Notes: generated from the sequence alone by a model not told the origin. Numbered from the stretch's first letter, positions 17,905-26,808 are shown. The stretch is DNA of 64,000 nucleotides from Dehalococcoidia bacterium (GCA_965207365.1 OZ242281.1:2173331-2237330), one strand, 5' to 3'. Program-made: numbers and translations.

Positions 17905-18603
17905 ATGCTGCCAGCCATCATCACTGACCGCAAACGAGAGATAGATGAGCTTTGCCGTGCTCATCATGTGCGGCGGCTCGAGCTATTCGGCTCAGCAGCG
18001 ACGGGAGATTGGGATTCAGCCAACAGCGATCTTGACTTCCTGGTCAAGTTCGACGCCGAAGCGCCGTTCACGACGCACAGCGACCTTGAGGATGCGTTGC
18101 GGCGTCTTTTCCAGCGTGATGTCGACCTAATCTTTGACGGCAGTTTCAGCAACCCGTATCTCAGGCAAGCAGTCGAAGAGAGTCGGACCCACCTCTGGGG
18201 CGACCATCGTCCAGCCAGCCCCCGAAACGGAGTGCGTGTGAGCAAGAGCCGAGCACTGAAGTACCTCTGGGACGTCCAGCAAGAGGCTGACTACCTGACA
18301 AGACTCGCTTCCGATGTCTCGCTCAAAGAGATGATGGAGAGCGAGCACTTGGTCCGCAGTGTTCCCCAGAGCCTGACGACGATCGGTGAAGCGCTCAACA
18401 ATCTAGCTGAACATGACAAGGCAATGGCGGAACGGATTACCAGGCAGCGGGGCTACGTCGGCATGCGCAACATCCTTGTCCACCAATACATGCGAATAGA
18501 TTGGGACCGGGTCTGGCATACGGTCACCAAAGAAGTTCCCGTGCTGGTGCGCGAGGTAGACGAACTGATCGCCGAGCTGGATCCGCGGCAGGAAGACGCT
18601 TAG
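17905..18603 (+). CDS. fused MntA-like nucleotidyltransferase / HepT-like HEPN (DUF86) protein
   Basis: N-terminal half has LELFGSAATGDWDSANSDLDFLV (GSxxxG...DxD). C-terminal half has GMRNILVHQYMRIDWDRVW (Rx4HxY). Both lie in a single 232-aa ORF. Confidence 0.75.
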   Translation: MLPAIITDRKREIDELCRAHHVRRLELFGSAATGDWDSANSDLDFLVKFDAEAPFTTHSDLEDALRRLFQRDVDLIFDGSFSNPYLRQAVEESRTHLWGDHRPASPRNGVRVSKSRALKYLWDVQQEADYLTRLASDVSLKEMMESEHLVRSVPQSLTTIGEALNNLAEHDKAMAERITRQRGYVGMRNILVHQYMRIDWDRVWHTVTKEVPVLVREVDELIAELDPRQEDA

Positions 18604-18616
18604 TGTCCGACACTTC

Positions 18617-19075
18617 CTATGAACGCCGTCGACGCGCCCGCTCTGCCATCTGATCTTGCCGACGCTGGGCTTGCAGCATGGCCTCGTGGATGTCTTCTGA
18701 ACGATCTCCGCCGGCGGTCTCGACTTGTCGTTGTCCGCGCCTGAGTTCGGGATTGTCCGTGAGCTCGTTCGATCGCAAGGCATCGGCGTGGGTTGCTCCC
18801 GTTTCACGTCGCATTCGCTCGACGGTGTCGCCGGTTTTCGGCATCACGCTGGTTTGGTCGGTCAATCCTTCGGCGAGGAAGCCGGAGGCTTGTCCCGACT
18901 TCTCCAGTTCGTAGCGCATCTTGGATTCGGCGCCCATGATGTTCAGGTGATGCAGGATCCAGTTCTCGAAACGCAGGACGCCTCGACCGATGGATGTCTT
19001 CTGTCCCCCGACAATGAAGCGAACTGGCCGAAGCAGCAGCACGACGAGAATCTCGCCGAGGGCGATCATCATCAT
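18617..19075 (-). CDS. hypothetical membrane-anchored protein
   Basis: Starts 10 nt downstream of the SAM-MTase stop with TAGGAG upstream. GC-rich third codon positions, an N-terminal hydrophobic segment and a charged tail. Confidence 0.45.
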   Translation of the reverse strand: MMMIALGEILVVLLLRPVRFIVGGQKTSIGRGVLRFENWILHHLNIMGAESKMRYELEKSGQASGFLAEGLTDQTSVMPKTGDTVERMRRETGATHADALRSNELTDNPELRRGQRQVETAGGDRSEDIHEAMLQAQRRQDQMAERARRRRS

Positions 19076-19085
19076 GGCGAAACTC

Positions 19086-19913
19086 CTAACCGGGCCGTCG
19101 GAAGCGCATGGCGATGGCCATGGGGATCTCGGGCAGCACGTTCCACATCAATCGTGACTCTTCCATCACCTGTTGCGGCGCAGCCAGTTCTTCGAGGCCG
19201 TCGAGCGTCAGCCCGGAGGCGAACGCGTCGCTGAGCAACTCGCTCAGCGGTCGATGGAAATACACTTGCGGTTCCTTCTGGGCCGTGTTGGTCACCCCGT
19301 GGGTGACGTAGCGGGACAGATAACGCTGGATGGTGAGGCCGTGGGGCTCGTCGTCTTTCTCGGATTTCTGGAACTTGTAGCCGGAGGTTGCGAAGGCGGG
19401 GTGCAGGGTCACGACGACGAATGTGCCGCGAGGCTTGAGCACGCGCCAGGCGCCGCCGAACATCGGCTTGAGCAACGGCATCGACATGACGCCCATAATG
19501 CAGACCGCCGCATCAAACGGTCCGCCGCAATTGAGAATGGCGCGCTCGTCCGTCGCATCGACGGTCTGGTAGGAGACCTCGACGGCCTGGTCTGAGATCG
19601 TCTCGGTCCGTCGTTCCGCATGCGCTATCAGCGACGGGGAGAGGTCGGTAGCGACCACTCGCATCCCGGCACGCCCCAGGCGTCTGGCGAATCCTCCGTT
19701 GCCACAGGCGAACTCGATCACCGATGAACCGTGTTCCAGTCCCATCAGTCGCTCGGCAGCCGGTGCGAAGACGCCGTGATGGAACTCGTCGCCCTGGTCG
19801 CCCCATCGCTCGTCAAAGAAGTCCGCGCCTTTCTCCCAGCCGTCGAGCACCTGCTGTTTGAGCTGGGCGAGCATGGCGTCGGCTTCGGCGGGAGTTTCGG
19901 GTGGTTGTGTCAT
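19086..19913 (-). CDS. class I SAM-dependent methyltransferase
   Basis: Motif I VIEFACGNGGFARRL followed by the acidic loop VVATDLS. Confidence 0.8.
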   Translation of the reverse strand: MTQPPETPAEADAMLAQLKQQVLDGWEKGADFFDERWGDQGDEFHHGVFAPAAERLMGLEHGSSVIEFACGNGGFARRLGRAGMRVVATDLSPSLIAHAERRTETISDQAVEVSYQTVDATDERAILNCGGPFDAAVCIMGVMSMPLLKPMFGGAWRVLKPRGTFVVVTLHPAFATSGYKFQKSEKDDEPHGLTIQRYLSRYVTHGVTNTAQKEPQVYFHRPLSELLSDAFASGLTLDGLEELAAPQQVMEESRLMWNVLPEIPMAIAMRFRRPG

Positions 19914-20004
19914 GGGATCAGCCTATCTCTCCCGGATGGCAGACATGTCGAGTGGGTTTCCATCTGAACACCTATAGCCGCGCAACTTCCGATTGGAGCA
20001 CTCC

Positions 20005-20269
20005 ATGACGGAGCAGACGCAGTGGCGACAGCGACGCCGCCGGCTCAGTCGCCGCGAACTGTTGCAGGCATCGGTTCGTGCTGGAGTGGACACATCCGGA
20101 TCACGGGCTCGCCGACATCTCACCAACTCCCGGCGTGATGAACGGGATCGCGCCGTCAATCTGGTGGCCGTTCATCGATCGGGGCGAAGACACCTTGCAG
20201 TTCGCCCACTCCTCACATCGCATGGACGATACCTGTATCGACGTCACACATCCGGACTATCCCGCTTGA
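20005..20269 (+). pseudogene. internally deleted, frameshifted remnant of a family-5 SBP paralog
   Basis: Frame 1 gives MTEQTQWRQRRRRLSRRELLQASVRAGV (the Tat leader of the paralog family). This joins out of frame to ..THPDHGLADISPTPGVMNGIAPSIWWPFIDRGEDTLQFAHSSHRMDDTCIDVTHPDYPA, the last ~60 codons of the full-length SBPs. Confidence 0.75.
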
Positions 20270-20402
20270 TTGCCTGCGCCCACAGTGCGCGCTCCGTTTT
20301 GCTCGTTCAGCGATTGTTCTTGAGCTTCCTGCAGCGCTGTGATATACGCACTATCTTACCTGCATCCATAGTCAATCGGCATGGACGCAAGGAGACGCAC
20401 TA

Positions 20403-22358
20403 ATGACAGAACGAAACTACTGGCAGCGCATGCGACGTAAGCAGATGAGCAGGCGTGCGCTCCTGAGGGCGTCGGGACGCGCAGGAGTCGGCGCTGCCGG
20501 ATTGGCGTTGGTCGGCTGCGGCGACGACGACGATGACGATCAGCAGTCGGCGGCGCAGGCCTCTGCCCAGCAGCAGGCCGTGCAACAACAAGAGGCGACG
20601 GCAGAGTCCCAGGCTCAGCAAGCCGACCAACAGGAAGGGTCCGCTGACGGCGCCGAGGAAGATGCCGAGGATCAGGTGCAGGTGGCGGCGACCGACATTG
20701 TTCGCGGCGGCAATCTGACCTTCTCGACGCCTGCGGCGACGCACGACTACTTTGACCCTGGTCGCGGCGTATTCGGCCCGACGCAGTTCTGGATGGGGTT
20801 CTACATGAACTACCTCATCCGCTACCGCAACAAAGAGCAGGATGTGGTGGAGCCGGACATCGCTTCGCTGCCTGAGATTCCAGACGACGAGACCTACATT
20901 TTCAGCATCGATCAAGGGGCTCGGTTCTGGGATCAGTACCCCACCGAGGGCGGCCGGCTGGTGACGGCAGAAGATATTCGAGTCAACTACCAGCGCCAGA
21001 TCGACGGCGTCGACGCGACCGGCGCGGACGACGGAACCTATCTCGGCGCAGGCGCATTTCGCCGAACCTCGGCGATGGAGGTGCCCGACGAGACCACCTG
21101 GGTGGCCCGGACTGACGGCCCCGACGCGACCTGGATGGGTGTCCCGCTGCGCCCCTTCAGCTGGATCACCAGCCCTGAAGCAATCAGCGAGTTCGGCGAC
21201 CGCTGGCGCGACGAGGCCGGCAATGTCAAGCTCTCCTCGGGCACTGGAATGTTCATTCCACACAGCTATGACCCGGATATCGGCATCAGCATGTCGGCCA
21301 ACCCCAACTACTGGAAGATGGGTGAAGACGGCCAACCGTTGCCCTACTACGACGAGTTGACTCTGGCCAACATGGAGGACCCAACCACGATTGAAGCCGC
21401 CTACCGAGGCAGGGAGATCACCAACGGGCGCTTCCCGCTCTCGACGTTGCAGGCACAGGGCATCATCGAGGACTTTCCCGACCACAACAGTGGCGAGATT
21501 GCGTTCGGCTTCACGATTATCACCCTGGCCAACTACAACAACGACTGGCCCGGTGAGGATGGCCTGGGCAATCCCTGGGTCGACCGACGCTTCGCCCAGG
21601 CTCTGCATGTCGCCGTGGACCCGTACCTGATGATCGACACGGTCTACCTCGGTTCCGGAAAGCCGACCGGCCTGCACGACACTCCCTGGTACAGCTCCTA
21701 TTGGGCGATTCCGGAAGAAGAGTTGTTGCAAACACCCGGCTATCGGCCGGATCGCGAGACCGACATCGCCGAGGCGCGGGCGTTGCTGGACGCGTCGGGC
21801 TATGACAGGAGCCGCGGCCTGCGGATGATCGCGCCTGACATCTGGGAGGGCACCTATCCTGGCATCCTCGAAACCGAGATTGGGATGTACCGAGAGGCGC
21901 TTGACCTCGAAGTCGAGTTCGACGTACAGCCGTACACGGTGATCCTGCAGCGTTTCGTCGACGGCACCTATCCAGGCAGCGGGCCGCAATGGGGCAACCC
22001 ACCGGCCGAACTGGATCCGACCGCGCCGTACAACGACTTCTTCACCCCCGAAGGTTCGGTCAACACGCTCTACTACGACTACGAGCCGATGGCCGACATT
22101 GCGCGGACAATGCGCCGGACGCTGGACAAAGAGGAGCGGCTAGAGATGTCGCACACGGCCCAGCGGATCCTGTTAGGCACGCATCCCGATCACGGCCTGG
22201 ACGGGATCACCACGCTTCCCGGGGTGATGAACGGCATCTCGCCAGTGCTCTGGTGGCCCTTCGTGCATCACAGCGAGGACACCCTGCAGTTCGCACACGC
22301 CAGCCATCGCTACGACGAGACCTGGATCGACGTCAACCATCCGGACTATCCGGCCTGA
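20403..22358 (+). CDS. ABC substrate-binding protein, family 5 (peptide/opine/nickel type), Tat-lipoprotein, paralog 1
   Basis: Twin-arginine SRRALLR followed by lipobox LVGC, then an Asp/Gln-rich tether. Also NPNYWK and PYYDE. AAGGAG RBS. Confidence 0.88.
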   Translation: MTERNYWQRMRRKQMSRRALLRASGRAGVGAAGLALVGCGDDDDDDQQSAAQASAQQQAVQQQEATAESQAQQADQQEGSADGAEEDAEDQVQVAATDIVRGGNLTFSTPAATHDYFDPGRGVFGPTQFWMGFYMNYLIRYRNKEQDVVEPDIASLPEIPDDETYIFSIDQGARFWDQYPTEGGRLVTAEDIRVNYQRQIDGVDATGADDGTYLGAGAFRRTSAMEVPDETTWVARTDGPDATWMGVPLRPFSWITSPEAISEFGDRWRDEAGNVKLSSGTGMFIPHSYDPDIGISMSANPNYWKMGEDGQPLPYYDELTLANMEDPTTIEAAYRGREITNGRFPLSTLQAQGIIEDFPDHNSGEIAFGFTIITLANYNNDWPGEDGLGNPWVDRRFAQALHVAVDPYLMIDTVYLGSGKPTGLHDTPWYSSYWAIPEEELLQTPGYRPDRETDIAEARALLDASGYDRSRGLRMIAPDIWEGTYPGILETEIGMYREALDLEVEFDVQPYTVILQRFVDGTYPGSGPQWGNPPAELDPTAPYNDFFTPEGSVNTLYYDYEPMADIARTMRRTLDKEERLEMSHTAQRILLGTHPDHGLDGITTLPGVMNGISPVLWWPFVHHSEDTLQFAHASHRYDETWIDVNHPDYPA

Positions 22359-22410
22359 GTCGTCTCGGCCCCGTTCGGACTAACAGGCGGACCAACTGGT
22401 GGACCAACAA

Positions 22411-22440
22411 AGGGCGACTTCGGTCGCCCTCTGTTGTGTA
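22411..22440 (+). terminator. intrinsic terminator-like hairpin after SBP1
   Basis: agggcgac-ttcg-gtcgccct (8-bp stem) followed by ctgttgtgt. Confidence 0.55.
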
Positions 22441-22441
22441 G

Positions 22442-22472
22442 TTGGCGCAAAGTGCGTATTGACAGCTACACT
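22442..22472 (+). promoter_or_regulatory. candidate promoter of SBP2 (TTGGCG-N19-TACACT)
   Basis: The same TTGGCG / GCTACACT pair with identical 19-nt spacing occurs upstream of SBP3. A related pair with 26-nt spacing occurs upstream of SBP4. Confidence 0.3.
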
Positions 22473-22515
22473 CGATCAACCTCTCTCAAGAGGATGAGCG
22501 ACCAGGAGGAATCAG

Positions 22516-24552
22516 ATGACCGAGCGATTTGACGGCAGGAACTACTGGCAACGGATGAAGCGGAACCGCGTGAGCAGGCGTGCGCTCTTGCGTGCGTCGG
22601 GACGCGCCGGCGTAGGCGCGGCCGGTCTGGCGCTGGTCGGCTGTGGAGATGACGATGACGACAGCGTCGCACAGGTCGCCCAGCAGCAACAACAGCAGCA
22701 ACAAGCGATGCAGCAGCAGGGCGGGCAGCAACAGCAGCAGCAGGCCATGCAGCAAGAGCAACAGGAACAGGCTGCAGACCAGGCAGCGCAGCAGGCCGAT
22801 CAGCAGGAGCAGCAGGCGGTCGCCGACGCCCAGCAACAGCAACAGCAACAGGCGGCTGCGGCGGTTCCGGAGACGGGCATCCCCGTCCATGGCGGCGTCA
22901 TGCGGCGTGCCTCGACGATCGAGACGCATGACTACTGGGACCCGCACCGAGGCGTGTTCGGACCGACCCAGTTCATGCACTCGATGCTCTACAACAACTT
23001 GATCCGTTGGAAGAACAAGGAGAAGTCGGAGATGGAGGCGGACATCGCCTCCTTGCCGGAGAATCCCGACGCAGAGACCTACATTTTCAACATCAACCCG
23101 GCTGCGCGCTGGCACGACGCTTATCCGACCGAGGGCGGACGCAACATTACCGCTGAGGACATCGTGGTCAACGTCGACCGCAACACTGCCGGCGTTGACT
23201 CGACCGGTGCCGAAGATGGCTCGTTCCTCGGCCTCTCAAGTTGGCGCAAGGTCGCCAGCGTCGAAGCGGTGGATGAGCGCACTCTGCGCACGACATCGGA
23301 CGGCGTCGACTCGACCTATCTCTCAGCGACCTTCCTGCGGCCCTTCGGTTGGATGGCGGCGCCGGAAGGCATCCGCGAGTGGGGCACCGAATCGGATGTC
23401 TGGCGCGACGACCCGACCACCTTGCGTGTGGCCGGCTCTGGTCCGTTCATCGCGGAGAGCTACGAGCCGACCGAGGTGTTCGTCGCCAATCGCAACCCGG
23501 ACTACTGGAAGGAAGACGCCTGGGGTCAGCAGCTGCCCTACGTCGACCGCATGGAGTACTACAACCTGTTCGACGAGACGGCGATCGAGACCGCAGTGCG
23601 CTCCAAGGAGCTCGACGGCGCCTGGCTAAACATCAGTCGCGTCGAATCGCTGCTCAACGACTTCCCGCAGATGCAGCGCAACACCGTCGGCGGCGGATTC
23701 ACGATCATGATCCGCACCAACTACAACCCCGACTGGCCCGGTGAGGACGGCGAGGGCAATCCCTGGCTCGACCGTCGCGTGGCCGCCGCCTTCCACCTGG
23801 CGACAGACCGCTATCTGATGATCGACACGGTCTACCTGGGCTCGGCCAAGCCGTCGGTCCTGGAAGAGATTCCCTGGTTCTCAACATTCTGGTCACCGAG
23901 CCAGGAAGAGATGACGGAGATCCCAGGATTCCGCGCGGACCACGAGGCCGATATCCGCGAAGCAAACGAGTTGATGGACGCCAGCGGGTTCCGCGACTCC
24001 GGCCGCTCGATCTACCTCTTCGCCCCCGACGTCTGGGAGCAGCGCTACCCGGGCATCGTCGAAACCGCGAAGAACATGTACGAGTCGGCGCTCGGTGTCG
24101 GCATCGAGATCAGCATCGACCCGTACACGATCCTGCTCCAGCGCCTGGTCGACGGCACGTCCACCGGCCAGATTCCCTGCTGGACGAACCCGCCCTCCGA
24201 CCTCGACCCGACCAGCTACTGGCTCAATGGTCGCGTGCCGGGTGGATCGGCGAACTTCTACAGCTACGAGAACCCGCGTGTCACCGAGATCGCCGAGGAG
24301 ATGAAGGTCACGCTCGACTTCGAGGCGAAGGGTGAGCTCTCGCGCGAGATGGTGCAACTGCAGCTTGGCATCCACCCCGACTACGGTTGGGAATCGCTCT
24401 CGCCGGGTCTGGGCGTGATGAACCCGGTCTCGAACGAGGCGGCCTGGCCCTGGTACCACGTGATCCCGGATGGCTACCAGTTCGCCCACCAGGGCCACAA
24501 GATCGTCGAGGAGCTGTGGCTCGACACCGCCCACGAGGACTACCAGGCATAG
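22516..24552 (+). CDS. ABC substrate-binding protein, family 5, Tat-lipoprotein, paralog 2
   Basis: SRRALLRASGRAGVGAAGLALVGCGDDDDD followed by a poly-Gln tether, plus NPDYWK. GGAGGA RBS. Confidence 0.88.
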   Translation: MTERFDGRNYWQRMKRNRVSRRALLRASGRAGVGAAGLALVGCGDDDDDSVAQVAQQQQQQQQAMQQQGGQQQQQQAMQQEQQEQAADQAAQQADQQEQQAVADAQQQQQQQAAAAVPETGIPVHGGVMRRASTIETHDYWDPHRGVFGPTQFMHSMLYNNLIRWKNKEKSEMEADIASLPENPDAETYIFNINPAARWHDAYPTEGGRNITAEDIVVNVDRNTAGVDSTGAEDGSFLGLSSWRKVASVEAVDERTLRTTSDGVDSTYLSATFLRPFGWMAAPEGIREWGTESDVWRDDPTTLRVAGSGPFIAESYEPTEVFVANRNPDYWKEDAWGQQLPYVDRMEYYNLFDETAIETAVRSKELDGAWLNISRVESLLNDFPQMQRNTVGGGFTIMIRTNYNPDWPGEDGEGNPWLDRRVAAAFHLATDRYLMIDTVYLGSAKPSVLEEIPWFSTFWSPSQEEMTEIPGFRADHEADIREANELMDASGFRDSGRSIYLFAPDVWEQRYPGIVETAKNMYESALGVGIEISIDPYTILLQRLVDGTSTGQIPCWTNPPSDLDPTSYWLNGRVPGGSANFYSYENPRVTEIAEEMKVTLDFEAKGELSREMVQLQLGIHPDYGWESLSPGLGVMNPVSNEAAWPWYHVIPDGYQFAHQGHKIVEELWLDTAHEDYQA

Positions 24553-24666
24553 CCAATCTCTACGACCAATGGCTCGGCTGCTCACCACGCTCGCTGTTTC
24601 GGCAGCGTGCGAGGCGGGTGAGCAGTCGGGCGCTCGGCGCCGCATTCGACCGCTCGTGTGAAGCAG

Positions 24667-24697
24667 TTGGCGTGTCAGGCGTCGTTTCGCTTACACT
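24667..24697 (+). promoter_or_regulatory. candidate promoter of SBP3 (TTGGCG-N19-TACACT)
   Basis: See 22442-22472; the motifs and spacing are conserved. Confidence 0.3.
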
Positions 24698-24739
24698 CTG
24701 CCAATCTGCACCTCCAATGTCGGAGCAAGGAGCTTCTGT

Positions 24740-26752
24740 ATGACCGAACGGAACTACTGGCAACGAATCCGTCGAAACCGTCTGAGTCGTCGTGATTTGT
24801 TGCGTGCGTCGGGACGCGCCGGCGTAGGCGCAGCAGGGTTGGCCCTGGTCGGTTGCGGTGGCGATGACGACGACAGCATCGCGCAGGTTGAGCAACAACA
24901 GCAGCAGCAACAACAGGCGATGCAGCAGGGCCAGCAGCAACAGCAGCAGGCGATGCAGTCGCAGCAACAACAGCAGCAGTCGCAGCAGGGCCAATCTGCT
25001 GACCAGACCGCACAGCAGGCTGACCAGCAGGAGCAAACAGCCGACGATGCCGACGATCAGCAAGCGCAACAGGCTGCGGTCAGCCAGGTCGTGCGCGGAG
25101 GGGACCTGCGATTCTCCACGCCGGCGGCAACCCACGACTACTTCGATCCGCACCGCGCCGTGTTCGGGCCGACTCAGTTCTGGATGGGGTTCTACATGAA
25201 CTACCTCATCCGCTGGCGCAACAAGGAACAGGGCATCATGGAGGCGGACGTCGCCTCGCTCCCGGAGGTTCCCGACGCGGAGACCTACATCTTCCGCATC
25301 GATCAGGGCGCGCGCTTCTGGGACCTGTACCCGACCGAAGGAGGTCGACTCGTTGACGCCGAAGACATTCGCGTAAATTTCCAACGTCAGATCGAAGCCG
25401 TGGATGCGAACGGAGCCGAGGACGGCACGTTCCTCGGCGCTTCATCATTCCGCAAGACGGCATCCATGGACGTGCCCGACGAGACGACGTTCGTGGCTAA
25501 GACTGCTGGCCCCGATGCAACCTGGATGGGCGTGCCATTGCGCCCCTTCAGTTGGGTCACGAGCCCTGAGGCGATCAATGAGTTTGGCGACCGCTGGCGT
25601 GACGAAGCGGGCAATGTCGAACTCTCCTCGGGCACCGGCATGTTCATTCCGCAGCGCTTCGATCCCGACATTGGGATCGACATGGTCCGCAACGAGAACT
25701 ACTGGAAGATGGGCGTCGACGGGCAGCCGCTGCCGTACTACGACACGGTCACGCTGTCCAACATCACCGACGCAACCGCGGTTGAAGCCGCTTATCGCAG
25801 CAAGGAGATCTTCAACGGCCGCTTCCCGCTGTCGTCGCTCCAGGCGGAGGGCATTCTGAACGATTTCCCCGATCACGGGCAAGGCACGGTGGCCTTCGGA
25901 TTCACGATCATCACCGGCGGCGCGAACTTCAATGCCGACTATCCAGGTGAAGACGGCCTGGGCAATCCCTGGATCGACCGCCGCTTCACGCAAGCGATGC
26001 ATGTCGCCGTTGACCGATATCTGATGATCGACACGGTCTATCTCGGTTCCGGAAAGCCCTCAGGCATGGGTGAGACGCCGTGGTACAACGCCTATTGGGC
26101 CATCCCGGAAGACGAACTGCTACAAACGCCCGGCTTCCGTCCCGACCGGGCGGTTGACATCGCCGAAGCTCGGGCGCTGTTTGACGCATCGGGCTACGAC
26201 CGCAGTCGTGGTCTGACGCTGATCGCACCCGATATCTGGGAAGGCACCTACCCGGGCATACTCGAGACCGAAGTCGGAATGTATCGCGAAGCGCTCGATC
26301 TCGAAGTCAGCTTCGACGTGCAGCCCTACACCGTCATTCTCCAGCGCTGGATCGAGGGCACCTACCCGGGACAGGGCCCGCAGTGGACCAACCCGCCGTC
26401 GGACCTCGATCCAACCACCTCGTACAACAACAACTACATTCCCGGCGGCAGCACGAACAACCTGGCGTACGAACATCCACGAATGACCGAAATCGCCGAA
26501 ACGATGACGGTCACTCTGGATCAGGAACAGCGTCAAGAGTTGGCGCAGGAAGCCCAGCGCATCCTGCTCGGCACGCATCCCGATTACGGACTCGATGGCG
26601 TTGCCAACAGCCCAGGCGTGATGAACGGTATCTCGCCAGTGCTGTGGTGGCCGTTCGTCAATCACGGCGACGACACGCTCCAGTTCGCCCACTCCAGCCA
26701 TCGGTACGACGAGTCCTGGATCGATGTCAACCACCCGGATTACCCGGCGTAA
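24740..26752 (+). CDS. ABC substrate-binding protein, family 5, Tat-lipoprotein, paralog 3
   Basis: Closest to paralog 1 (RFSTPAATHDYFDPHRAVFGPTQFWMGFYMNYLIRWRNKEQ). Same leader and lipobox, with a poly-Gln tether. Confidence 0.88.
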   Translation: MTERNYWQRIRRNRLSRRDLLRASGRAGVGAAGLALVGCGGDDDDSIAQVEQQQQQQQQAMQQGQQQQQQAMQSQQQQQQSQQGQSADQTAQQADQQEQTADDADDQQAQQAAVSQVVRGGDLRFSTPAATHDYFDPHRAVFGPTQFWMGFYMNYLIRWRNKEQGIMEADVASLPEVPDAETYIFRIDQGARFWDLYPTEGGRLVDAEDIRVNFQRQIEAVDANGAEDGTFLGASSFRKTASMDVPDETTFVAKTAGPDATWMGVPLRPFSWVTSPEAINEFGDRWRDEAGNVELSSGTGMFIPQRFDPDIGIDMVRNENYWKMGVDGQPLPYYDTVTLSNITDATAVEAAYRSKEIFNGRFPLSSLQAEGILNDFPDHGQGTVAFGFTIITGGANFNADYPGEDGLGNPWIDRRFTQAMHVAVDRYLMIDTVYLGSGKPSGMGETPWYNAYWAIPEDELLQTPGFRPDRAVDIAEARALFDASGYDRSRGLTLIAPDIWEGTYPGILETEVGMYREALDLEVSFDVQPYTVILQRWIEGTYPGQGPQWTNPPSDLDPTTSYNNNYIPGGSTNNLAYEHPRMTEIAETMTVTLDQEQRQELAQEAQRILLGTHPDYGLDGVANSPGVMNGISPVLWWPFVNHGDDTLQFAHSSHRYDESWIDVNHPDYPA

Positions 26753-26808
26753 CGACCAACGACGTTCCAGCGTCTACTGGACCAGACGCCAACTGATCGG
26801 GAGCAGCG

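Noticed and set aside
20400-21989. 529-aa ORF on the minus strand antisense to SBP1, with similar long antisense ORFs at 12666..13664, 16639..17745, 22486..23115, 23893..24645, 28810..29841, 30424..31383, 39177..40355 and 41296..42006
   Set aside because: These are typical high-GC shadow ORFs. They are Arg/Gly/Val/His-rich low-complexity translations with no motifs, while the opposite strand carries clear family signatures and RBSs.
22459-22464. Perfect TTGACA hexamer upstream of SBP2 as a -35 box
   Set aside because: It lies only 2 nt upstream of the conserved TACACT, so it cannot pair with it, and no acceptable -10 follows at 16-19 nt.
22681-22852. CAG/CAA tract as a non-coding microsatellite or spacer array
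   Set aside because: It is in frame within the SBP2 ORF, directly after the lipobox. The equivalent tracts occupy the same position in the paralogs. It is therefore a coding low-complexity tether.
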